A stretch of 42,773 nucleotides of DNA from Collinsella aerofaciens. GTDB lineage: Bacteria > Actinomycetota > Coriobacteriia > Coriobacteriales > Coriobacteriaceae. The position numbers were made by a program, and so were the translations under genes. Below are positions 1 through 6,992 of this stretch, in pieces. The stretch spans positions 1 through 42,773 of the forward strand of contig JAJWXI010000002.1 in assembly GCA_021641225.1 (NCBI GenBank), written 5' to 3'. The notes beneath the pieces are model-generated. The model worked only from the letters and a program-made list of their open reading frames with translations, made no database searches and was not told the DNA's origin. Within the stretch, counting starts at the first letter, position 1; each line of letters opens with the position of its first letter.

Positions 1-1349
1 AGCAGCTCCATGTCGGCCGGATACTTGCCCTGCTCGACCCACTCGCCGATCACGCCGCACAGCACGCGACGGAAGTACTCGTGACGCGGGTAGGACAGGA
101 AGGAGCGGGAATCGGTAAGCATGCCCACAAAGTTGCCCAGCACGCCCTCGTTAGCCAGAGCCGTGAGCTGCTCGCGCATACCGATCTCGTTGTCGTTGAA
201 CCACCAGGCAGAGCCGTTCTGGATCTTGCCGGCGGTCGGAGCCTCCTGGAAGCAGCCCATCACGGTATCGATCATGGTGTTGTCGATGGGGTTCAGGCTG
301 TACAGGATGGTCTTGGGCAGACCCGTGGACTCCTGGATGGAGTTGAGGAAATCGGCCAGCTGGTCGGACGGCGTGTAGTTGGAGATGCAGTCGTAGCCGG
401 TGTCGGGACCGAGCTTGGCGAACATAGCGCGGTTGTTGTCACGCTTGCAGCCAAAGTGCAGCTGCATGGCCCAGCCAAGGCGGACATACTCGCCGGCGAC
501 GAACTGCATAAAGGCCGTCTTGTACTTGAGGACCTCGTCCTCGGTAAGCGGCTCGGCGGCAAGGCCCTTGGCAAAGATGGCCTCGATCTCGTCGGCGGTA
601 GCCGGAACGTACATAACGTAGTCGAGCGCGTGGTCGGAAGCGCGGCAGCCCAGCTCGTGGGCAACGTCGTAGCGCTTGGAGATGGCAGCCTTCATGCCCT
701 CGAAGTCGCTGATCTCAACGCCAGCAACCTCGGAGAGATGCTTGCAGTAGTCGGCGAACTCCTGGCCACGCTCGATGCGCAGGGCGGCATCGGGGCGCAT
801 GGCGGGAACGACCTGAACGTCAAAACTGTCGTCGGCGGCAATCTTCTTGTGCCACTCAAAGCTGTCGGCGGGGTCGTCGGTAGTGCAGATCATGCGGACG
901 TTGGACTGCTTGATCAGGTTGCGGCAGGTAAAGCTGGCCTCAGCGAGCTTGGCGTTGGCAAGGTCCCAGACCTCCTGAGCGGTTTTGCCGTTCAGGACGC
1001 CCTCGTAGCCAAAGTAACGCTTAAGCTCCAGGTGGCTCCACTCAAAGACGGGGTTGCCCACGCAGCGGCCCAGGGTCTCGGCCCACTTCTGGAACTTCTC
1101 GCGAGCAGGGGCATCGCCGGTAATGAAGCGCTCGTCGACGCCGTTGGCACGCATTAGGCGCCACTTGTAGTGGTCGCCGCCCAGCCAAACCTCGGTGATG
1201 TTCTCAAAACGCTTGTCGTCCCAGATCTCCTTGGGAGAAATGTGGCAGTGGTAGTCAACGATGGGCATGCCCTCGGCAAAGTTGTGGAACAGCTCCTCAC
1301 CGGTTTTGGTGCTCAGCAGGAAATCCTGATCGTCCATGAAGTTTTTCAT
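1..1349 (-). CDS. uxaC: Glucuronate (uronate) isomerase, 3' end runs off the window
   Basis: Not in the ORF track because it is open-ended. Manual translation from ATG at 1349 gives MKNFMDDQDFLLST...PIVDYHCHISPKEIWDDKRFENITEVWLGGDHYKWRLMRANG and, near the left edge, FVGMLTDSRSFLSYPRHEYFRRVLC. Both are hallmark UxaC motifs. Confidence 0.95.
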   Translation of the reverse strand, partial: MKNFMDDQDFLLSTKTGEELFHNFAEGMPIVDYHCHISPKEIWDDKRFENITEVWLGGDHYKWRLMRANGVDERFITGDAPAREKFQKWAETLGRCVGNPVFEWSHLELKRYFGYEGVLNGKTAQEVWDLANAKLAEASFTCRNLIKQSNVRMICTTDDPADSFEWHKKIAADDSFDVQVVPAMRPDAALRIERGQEFADYCKHLSEVAGVEISDFEGMKAAISKRYDVAHELGCRASDHALDYVMYVPATADEIEAIFAKGLAAEPLTEDEVLKYKTAFMQFVAGEYVRLGWAMQLHFGCKRDNNRAMFAKLGPDTGYDCISNYTPSDQLADFLNSIQESTGLPKTILYSLNPIDNTMIDTVMGCFQEAPTAGKIQNGSAWWFNDNEIGMREQLTALANEGVLGNFVGMLTDSRSFLSYPRHEYFRRVLCGVIGEWVEQGKYPADMEL

Positions 1350-1403
1350 CAAACAACCCCTTTGTTGGCGGAGCGAGCGCACGATGCGCTCGTTATCCTC
1401 TAG

Positions 1404-1479
1404 GTGAACGTTCACTATACTAATTCATTGCGACTTAAAAGGTGAACGTTCACCTAACCACCATGGGGTGAACGGTCGA
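1404..1479. promoter_or_regulatory. LacI-type operators upstream of uxaC (GTGAACGTTCAC x2 plus one degenerate copy)
   Basis: Perfect palindrome GTGAACGTTCAC at 1404-1415, 16-bp perfect palindrome AGGTGAACGTTCACCT at 1440-1455, and degenerate GTGAACGGTCGA at 1468-1479. The central CG is typical of LacI operators, and a LacI gene lies upstream. Confidence 0.75.
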
Positions 1480-1587
1480 TTTTGCCCGTTCAACGGTTAC
1501 TGGAGCCGTGACTTGTATGTATTGCGAATTGGCAGGCGTCCCCGAATACCGAACTTGAGCGCTTTGGCCAGGTGGGTCATGTTCCGC

Positions 1588-1780
1588 CGTGCATTTTTGG
1601 GAGTATTCAGCATCGGAGCGCACCGCGTACCGTCTTCGAAGCCCTATCTGATGCTCATATTGCGCCCAATCGGCATAAATAAATGCCACCGATGGCGAAT
1701 TACGCCATCGGGGGCATTTAAAACAGTCGTCCTTACCTCTTTCGGGACACGCCATTGCTGAATACTCCAAAAAATGCACG
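1588..1780. repeat. Nested inverted repeat (25-bp outer arms, inner 18-bp stem hairpin)
   Basis: CGTGCATTTTTGGGAGTATTCAGCA (1588-1612) pairs with TGCTGAATACTCCAAAAAATGCACG (1756-1780) with 1 mismatch. Inner hairpin TAAATGCCACCGATGGCG-AATTA-CGCCATCGGGGGCATTTA at 1680-1720. Confidence 0.8.
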
Positions 1781-1808
1781 TCGCAAGAGGGGGTACCTGA
1801 CTAAACGG

Positions 1809-2888
1809 CTAAATTCCCGCAAGCTCGCAGTAGCGGTCGACGTTGCTGGCAAACACCATCTCCACAGCACCCTTCTGCACGGGCTCCGCCGGAGTTTTAC
1901 CCCACAGCAGATACTCGCCCAAGGTCTTGGCGCCACGGTAGGCCAGGCTCACCGGGTCCTTATAGACAATATTGGTAAAGATGCCACGGCGCAAGGCCAA
2001 GGCGCTCTCGGGGAACAGGTCGTTGCCGATTACCATGACCTTGCCGGCCTTGCCGCTTGAAACAAGCGCGTCGGCGACCACCTCGGAACCAACGGCAAAA
2101 ACGCTACAGATGAGCTCAGGGGCATCCGGCGCACTCAAGCGCTGCTCAAGCTCGCGCTCGAGCTGTTTGACTTGCGCATGGGCGCCGGCAAGGTCCTCAA
2201 CCTGCCATGGAATATCGTGTTCGCGCAGGTAATTATGAAAGGCGCGGGCGGTCAGGTAGTGTGAATCGGTATAGGGGTCGCCCGCCAACAGGAGCACGCG
2301 GGCGTCAGCCCCAGAAGCGTGGACCAGATTTGCCGCCTGCTCTGCCATAAGGCTGCCCGCCGCGGAATAGTCCGCCAGACTGGCACCCAGGCGATCGAGG
2401 TGCGGTCGGTCGCCGTCGACGAGCTCAATCGCCACGCCCGCCTCGGCAATCTGCCTCAAGAGCTCGGTCGCGCGGTCATCGCCCGGAACATAGGCAAGCA
2501 GGCCATCAATCTTCTCCCCTATCTGCAGGCGCTCGTCGATTTGCTCGAGCGCATCGGCGTAGCCACCCACGCCAAATTCTACGCGCTCAACCGTAATGCC
2601 CCGGTCGATGACCTCCTGCTCAAAGCGGTTGCAGCCTTCCCACAGGTAACGGAAAAAGTACGCTCCCTCGCGCGATGCGCGGGGCAGGCAAAACACCAGG
2701 TTGATATCCTTGCGGCGCAGGCTCGAGGCACTTGTGTTGCGGTGGTAACCCATGGCTTCGGCCTTAGCATTCACCTTAGAGCGCACGGATTCGCTCACGC
2801 CGGCCTTACCCGTCAGGGCCTTGTGCACGGTATTGATGGAAACGCCAAGCTCGGCGGCTATGTCCTTCATGGTTACGCGAGCGCTCAT
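1809..2888 (-). CDS. LacI-family transcriptional regulator (probable hexuronate regulator)
   Basis: N-terminal HTH VTMKDIAAELGVSINTVHKAL, hinge GYHRNTSASSLR, and a periplasmic-binding-protein-like sensor domain. Confidence 0.92.
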   Translation of the reverse strand: MSARVTMKDIAAELGVSINTVHKALTGKAGVSESVRSKVNAKAEAMGYHRNTSASSLRRKDINLVFCLPRASREGAYFFRYLWEGCNRFEQEVIDRGITVERVEFGVGGYADALEQIDERLQIGEKIDGLLAYVPGDDRATELLRQIAEAGVAIELVDGDRPHLDRLGASLADYSAAGSLMAEQAANLVHASGADARVLLLAGDPYTDSHYLTARAFHNYLREHDIPWQVEDLAGAHAQVKQLERELEQRLSAPDAPELICSVFAVGSEVVADALVSSGKAGKVMVIGNDLFPESALALRRGIFTNIVYKDPVSLAYRGAKTLGEYLLWGKTPAEPVQKGAVEMVFASNVDRYCELAGI

Positions 2889-2985
2889 GGGGTTACTCCG
2901 TTATAGATAAGTTGCCAATTAACAGTACAGGTAACGATACCCCAAAATCACTCTTCAACTCGCCGCGCTCTCCCCCAAATGTGCA

Positions 2986-3019
2986 AAGCGCCCCGCGAAC
3001 GGATGCTCGCGAGGCGCTT
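2986..3019 (-). terminator. Intrinsic terminator after the small Feo-associated gene
   Basis: AAGCGCCCCGCGAAC-GGAT-GCTCGCGAGGCGCTT stem just past the stop at 3034. The mismatches are G-U pairs on the minus strand. Confidence 0.6.
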
Positions 3020-3033
3020 GGGTGCCTGGACCT

Positions 3034-3234
3034 TTATTTGATACCGCGGCCCAAGTCTTCGGCAATTTTGTCCACGCCCTTAAGTGCGGCGCACGTCTTT
3101 TTGTTGGAGCAATGCCCCGTGCAAACGCCACCCTGAGCGCAGTCGGCGCAGGTGCCCTTGCGGTAGATGCGCACGCACACGGCGACAAACGCAATACCGA
3201 TAACAGCCAGTACAACAATATCGATAGGTGCCAT
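3034..3234 (-). CDS. FeoB-associated Cys-rich membrane protein
   Basis: 66 aa with an N-terminal TM helix followed by CADC...CTGHC...C. It lies directly downstream of feoB and has a GAGGAGG RBS. Confidence 0.85.
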   Translation of the reverse strand: MAPIDIVVLAVIGIAFVAVCVRIYRKGTCADCAQGGVCTGHCSNKKTCAALKGVDKIAEDLGRGIK

Positions 3235-3247
3235 AGCAAGCCTCCTC

Positions 3248-3267
3248 TAGTTAACCATCACTTACTT
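3248..3267. promoter_or_regulatory. Putative metal-repressor box (copy 1)
   Basis: TAGTTAA-CCATCA-CTTACTT matches the AAGTTAR-N6-YTAACTT motif seen at 5813, 6410 and 6440. Confidence 0.5.
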
Positions 3268-3346
3268 TACCCCATTCTCCACCTACCAAAAAGGGACAGG
3301 TTTATTTTGGTCAGTTTTATCTGCGGAAACGCCACATCTCCCCCAC

Positions 3347-3380
3347 CAAAAAGCCCGAGTGTCGCTGGGACACCCGGGCT
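3347..3380 (-). terminator. Intrinsic terminator after feoB
   Basis: AGCCCGAGTGTC-GCTGG-GACACCCGGGCT stem with a T-run on the minus strand. Confidence 0.6.
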
Positions 3381-3409
3381 CGTGGAAAGGGGCCGATCCT
3401 TATTCGGAC

Positions 3410-5737
3410 TTAAGCGGAAACTGCGGCGGAAGCAGTGTTGGTCTCATCCTCGTCGGTCCAAGCGTGCTTGGGCATGGGACGGAAGATCTGGAAGAGCATC
3501 GCAACCAGCAGCACGATAGCCACAACCGTCCAGATACCAAACTGCCCAAGGACCAGCAGGTTATAGAACTGGTTGATGAACAGGGCGATCACCCAAGCGA
3601 AGGCGCACTCGTAACCGATGGCGATCGCAGTCCACTTGCCCGAGTCCATCTGGTTGCGGATGGTACCCATGGCGGCGAAGCAGGGGGCGCACAGCAGGTT
3701 GAAGGCACCGAAGGCAACGCAAGCGCCCATAGTCGGGAACATGCCGGCAAATGCGGTCCACAGGCTCGGGTCGGTCTCGGCGGCGTCGGCGACGGACAGC
3801 AGCGAGCCGGCGGTGGCGACAACGTTCTCCTTGGCGACAAGGCCAGAGACAGTCAGTGCAGTTGCCTGCCAGGTGCTAAAGCCGAGCGGGGCGAAAATCC
3901 AGGCGACCAGGTTGCCCAGCATGGCGAGCACGGAGTAGTCCATGAACTCCTCAGGAATGCCGTCCATAGCAGGCAGGAAGCCAAAGGAGCCGTTGTAGCT
4001 ACCAAAGTTGGAGAGGAACCAAACCACGACGGTAGAGGCGAAGATGACCGTGCCGGCCTTCTTGATAAAGGCCCAGCAGCGCTCCCACACGTGCAGCGCC
4101 CAAGAGCGGATCGCCGGGAAGTGATAGGCGGGAAGCTCCATAACGAACGGCGTCGGGCGACCGGCGAAAAGCTTGGTCTTCTTGAGCATAAGGCCCGAAG
4201 CGATGACGGCAAAGACGCCCAGGAAGTAGAAGAGCGGGCTGATCCACGCGGCGGTGGTGGAAGAATCGCCGATGATGGAGCCCATGAGCAGGGCGATGAT
4301 CGGCAGCTTAGCGCCACAGGGAATAAACGTGGTGGTCATGACCGTCATGCGGCGGTCCTTCTCATTCTCGATGGTCTTGGTGGCCATGACGCCGGGGACG
4401 CCGCAGCCCGAGGACACGAGCATGGGGATAAAGGACTTACCGGACAGGCCAAAGCGGCGGAACACGCGGTCCATGATAAAGGCGACGCGGGCCATGTAGC
4501 CGCAGTCCTCCAGGAAGGACAGCATCACAAAGAGCAGGAACATCTGCGGGACGAAGCCGAAGATGGCGCCCAGGCCGCCGACGATGCCGTCACAGACCAG
4601 CGAATCGACCAGGCCACCGTCCTCGGTGCCGCCCGCCACGAGGGCGTCGTGCACCATGGTGGTGATACCCGGGACATAGGGCCCATACTGCGCCGGGTCG
4701 ACCGAGTCGGCGTTGTCGCCCGCAGCCTCAACAGCCGCGTCGTAGGCATCGCGGCCCTGACCGAGCACGTACCAACCGTCGGTACCGAAGAGCTGGTCGT
4801 TGGTGAAGTCGGTCACCGTGCCGCCCAGGGTGGAAACGGCGATGTAGTACACGCAGAACATGATCACGACGAAGATCGGCAGACCGAGGATGCGGTTGGT
4901 AACCACACGGTCGATCTTCTCGGAAGTGCTCATCTTGGCCGGAGCCTTGGTGAGGCACTCGTCGATGATGTGGGCAATCACGCCGTAGCGCTCGCCGGTA
5001 ATGATGGACTCGGCGTCGTCGTCGCAGTCCTGCTCGCACTGGGCGACCAGCTCCTCCACGCGAGCAGCCTTCTCCTTGGTGAGGTTGATGAGCTTGCAGG
5101 CGTCCGCGTCGCGCTCAAAAAGTTTGACCGCGTAGTAGCGACGCTTGTTGGCGGGAACGCTCGCAGGCAGGTTATTCTCGATGTGGTCCAGAACGTCCTC
5201 GATGGAGGAATCGAACTTGTGCTCCGGCACCTGGCCCTTAGAAGCAGCGGACTTCTTGACCTGCTCGAAGAGCTCCTTGATGCCCTTGTTCTTAAGAGCC
5301 GAGATCATCATGACCGGACAACCGAGCTTCTTGGAGAGCTTGTCCGTGTCAATCTTATCGCCGTTCTTCTCGACCAGGTCGGCCATGTTGAGGGCAACGA
5401 CCACGGGCAGGCCGGTCTCGATAACCTGAAGCGCCAGGTACAGGTTGCGCTCCAAGTTGGTGGCGTCGACCACCTGGACGACGACATCGGGCTCGCCGCT
5501 CATGAGGTAATCGCGCGAGCACTGCTCCTCGGGGCTGTAGGGGGAAAGCGAGTAGATGCCGGGGAGGTCCGTAATCGTGACGCTCTTGTCGCTTAGGAGC
5601 TTGGCTTCCTTTTTCTCAACCGTGACGCCGGGCCAGTTGCCAACGTAGCCGTTGGCGCCGGTGATCAGGTTGAAAAGCGTGGTCTTGCCGCAGTTGGGGT
5701 TACCCGCCAGCGCGACATGGATCTGAGAATCCGCCAT
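3410..5737 (-). CDS. feoB: Ferrous iron transporter B
   Basis: GTPase motifs GNPNCGKT, GNWPGVT, DLPG and NMAD; membrane gate motifs LEDCGYMARVAF, SFIPM...GCGVP and CAPCFAA. Confidence 0.97.
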   Translation of the reverse strand: MADSQIHVALAGNPNCGKTTLFNLITGANGYVGNWPGVTVEKKEAKLLSDKSVTITDLPGIYSLSPYSPEEQCSRDYLMSGEPDVVVQVVDATNLERNLYLALQVIETGLPVVVALNMADLVEKNGDKIDTDKLSKKLGCPVMMISALKNKGIKELFEQVKKSAASKGQVPEHKFDSSIEDVLDHIENNLPASVPANKRRYYAVKLFERDADACKLINLTKEKAARVEELVAQCEQDCDDDAESIITGERYGVIAHIIDECLTKAPAKMSTSEKIDRVVTNRILGLPIFVVIMFCVYYIAVSTLGGTVTDFTNDQLFGTDGWYVLGQGRDAYDAAVEAAGDNADSVDPAQYGPYVPGITTMVHDALVAGGTEDGGLVDSLVCDGIVGGLGAIFGFVPQMFLLFVMLSFLEDCGYMARVAFIMDRVFRRFGLSGKSFIPMLVSSGCGVPGVMATKTIENEKDRRMTVMTTTFIPCGAKLPIIALLMGSIIGDSSTTAAWISPLFYFLGVFAVIASGLMLKKTKLFAGRPTPFVMELPAYHFPAIRSWALHVWERCWAFIKKAGTVIFASTVVVWFLSNFGSYNGSFGFLPAMDGIPEEFMDYSVLAMLGNLVAWIFAPLGFSTWQATALTVSGLVAKENVVATAGSLLSVADAAETDPSLWTAFAGMFPTMGACVAFGAFNLLCAPCFAAMGTIRNQMDSGKWTAIAIGYECAFAWVIALFINQFYNLLVLGQFGIWTVVAIVLLVAMLFQIFRPMPKHAWTDEDETNTASAAVSA

Positions 5738-5812
5738 TCAATCCTTCTTCCTTGTGTGCCTGCGCTGCTTTCTCCGCGTAGGCTGGATAATGTGCTTCAA
5801 AGATGCTGCATT

Positions 5813-5832
5813 AAGTTAGAAAAACCTAACTT
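5813..5832. promoter_or_regulatory. Putative metal-repressor box (copy 2, perfect half-sites)
   Basis: AAGTTAG-AAAAAC-CTAACTT palindrome between feoA and feoB. Confidence 0.6.
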
Positions 5833-5860
5833 TATCTGCAGAAATATGCGCCGCGAGTCC

Positions 5861-6082
5861 TTACTGGACCTCGACGACGGCGGCCTCCTCCTTGCGGATG
5901 GAAAGCTCGTAGCCGCGCACGTTGATCTCGACCGGATCACCGAGCGGTGCAACCTTTACGACCTTGAACGAAGTGCCCTTGATGAGCCCCAGGTCCATAA
6001 GGTGGCGGCGCAGCGCGCCCTCACCGTGAAGCTTGACGATCGTGGAGCTCTCGCCCACCTTAACGTCACCCAACGTCTTCAT
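5861..6082 (-). CDS. feoA: FeoA family protein
   Basis: LRRHLMDLGLIKG...VKVAPLGDPVEINVRGYELSIRKEEA is a canonical FeoA signature. Confidence 0.95.
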   Translation of the reverse strand: MKTLGDVKVGESSTIVKLHGEGALRRHLMDLGLIKGTSFKVVKVAPLGDPVEINVRGYELSIRKEEAAVVEVQ

Positions 6083-6121
6083 TTTCTCGTCCCCCTTTCG
6101 GCTTTTATGAAATGCTGCGAA

Positions 6122-6364
6122 CTAACCGACGGTCATGATGTGCATGGCAACCTTGGAATCGATGCCAAAGCGAGCGCCCAGCACCGTGACGATGATATTG
6201 GCGCCACTCGAGCTCACCACGTGGATTTCGCTTCCCTCGACAAAGCCGAGGTCCTTAAGGTGGTGCTTCATATCCTCATTGCCCTTTACACGAGACACAC
6301 GCACGGTTTCGCCCGCCTTTACCATCGAAAGCGGCATAGCCGGCATCTGCGGTCCGCAAGACAT
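6122..6364 (-). CDS. feoA: FeoA family protein (second paralog)
   Basis: MPLSMVKAGE...MKHHLKDLGFVEGSEI...RFGIDSKVAMHIMT; AGGAG RBS before the ATG at 6364. Confidence 0.9.
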   Translation of the reverse strand: MSCGPQMPAMPLSMVKAGETVRVSRVKGNEDMKHHLKDLGFVEGSEIHVVSSSGANIIVTVLGARFGIDSKVAMHIMTVG

Positions 6365-6407
6365 GAGTGAGCTCCTAACGTCGGTTCGTCCTCAACATCG
6401 ACGCGGT

Positions 6408-6461
6408 AAAAGTTAACCACGTCTATGTTCGCTTTAGTAAACTAACACGTGGTTAACTTTT
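6408..6461. promoter_or_regulatory. Tandem metal-repressor boxes at the feo promoter (copies 3-4), forming a 15-bp perfect inverted repeat
   Basis: AAAAGTTAACCACGT (6408-6422) pairs with ACGTGGTTAACTTTT (6447-6461). It contains AAGTTAA-N6-CTATGTT (6410-6429) and AACTAAC-N6-TTAACTT (6440-6459). Confidence 0.6.
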
Positions 6462-6504
6462 TTGGAAGGGTCCCCGTTCAGTTTTCGAAAAAGTTTCCTT
6501 TACG

Positions 6505-6546
6505 AAACAAAAGAGGCACCGCAAAGACCATCTCTTTGCGGTGCCT
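6505..6546 (-). terminator. Intrinsic terminator after the HPr gene
   Basis: 14-bp perfect stem AGGCACCGCAAAGA/TCTTTGCGGTGCCT followed by a T-rich tail on the minus strand. Confidence 0.75.
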
Positions 6547-6600
6547 TGTCATACCAATTTATGCAACAGAGGGGGCTGCCCCTTTGCCACATTATTGCGG

Positions 6601-6849
6601 TTAAAGCGAGAGGTTTCTGATCGACGTGACGCAGGAAGCCTCGTCTACGCCCGAAACGCGGAACACGATATCCTCGCCGCACTCACCGTAGAGGGCCATG
6701 AGCCCCATAACGTCGCGGCCGTCGGTGTGGCGATCGCCGATACTGACTGACACGTCGCTACGATGCTTGGCAATAATGTCATAGAGCAGCGCAACCGGGC
6801 GGGCATGTAGTCCCAACGGATCTTTAATCGTCTTTGTAAACTCGACCAT
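6601..6849 (-). CDS. HPr-family phosphocarrier protein (His15 intact, Asp at position 46)
   Basis: 82 aa from ATG 6849 (GGAGGGG RBS), with the GLHARP motif at His15 and DGRDVMGLM in the position of the usual NAKSIMGVM. The longer 177-aa call is a spurious upstream extension. Confidence 0.9.
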   Translation of the reverse strand: MVEFTKTIKDPLGLHARPVALLYDIIAKHRSDVSVSIGDRHTDGRDVMGLMALYGECGEDIVFRVSGVDEASCVTSIRNLSL

Positions 6850-6934
6850 GTCCCCTCCCGCGGCATCGCACATTCGGCCGGCAAACCCAGCCACGTGGTA
6901 GTTATTGTACGTTACCGGCGCACCCCCGTCCCAC

Positions 6935-6969
6935 AAAAAACGAGGGAAGGAGCGCGTCCTTCCCTCGTT
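6935..6969 (-). terminator. Intrinsic terminator after aspS
   Basis: 13-bp perfect stem AACGAGGGAAGGA/TCCTTCCCTCGTT with a T-run on the minus strand. Confidence 0.8.
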
Positions 6970-6992
6970 ACGGGCAATATGCAGCCACTCGC

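Noticed and set aside
81..1157. 358-aa + strand ORF, and similar long ORFs at 3359-5596, 7275-8924, 14872-17580, 17724-19196, 23468-26455 and 34564-36096
   Set aside because: These are antisense shadows of real high-GC genes (uxaC, feoB, aspS, ppc, hisS, pip, phoBR). They have no recognisable motifs and typical reverse-frame composition.
1450..1779. Small ORFs in the uxaC-lacI intergenic region
   Set aside because: They have no RBS or recognisable domain, and they overlap operators and inverted repeats.
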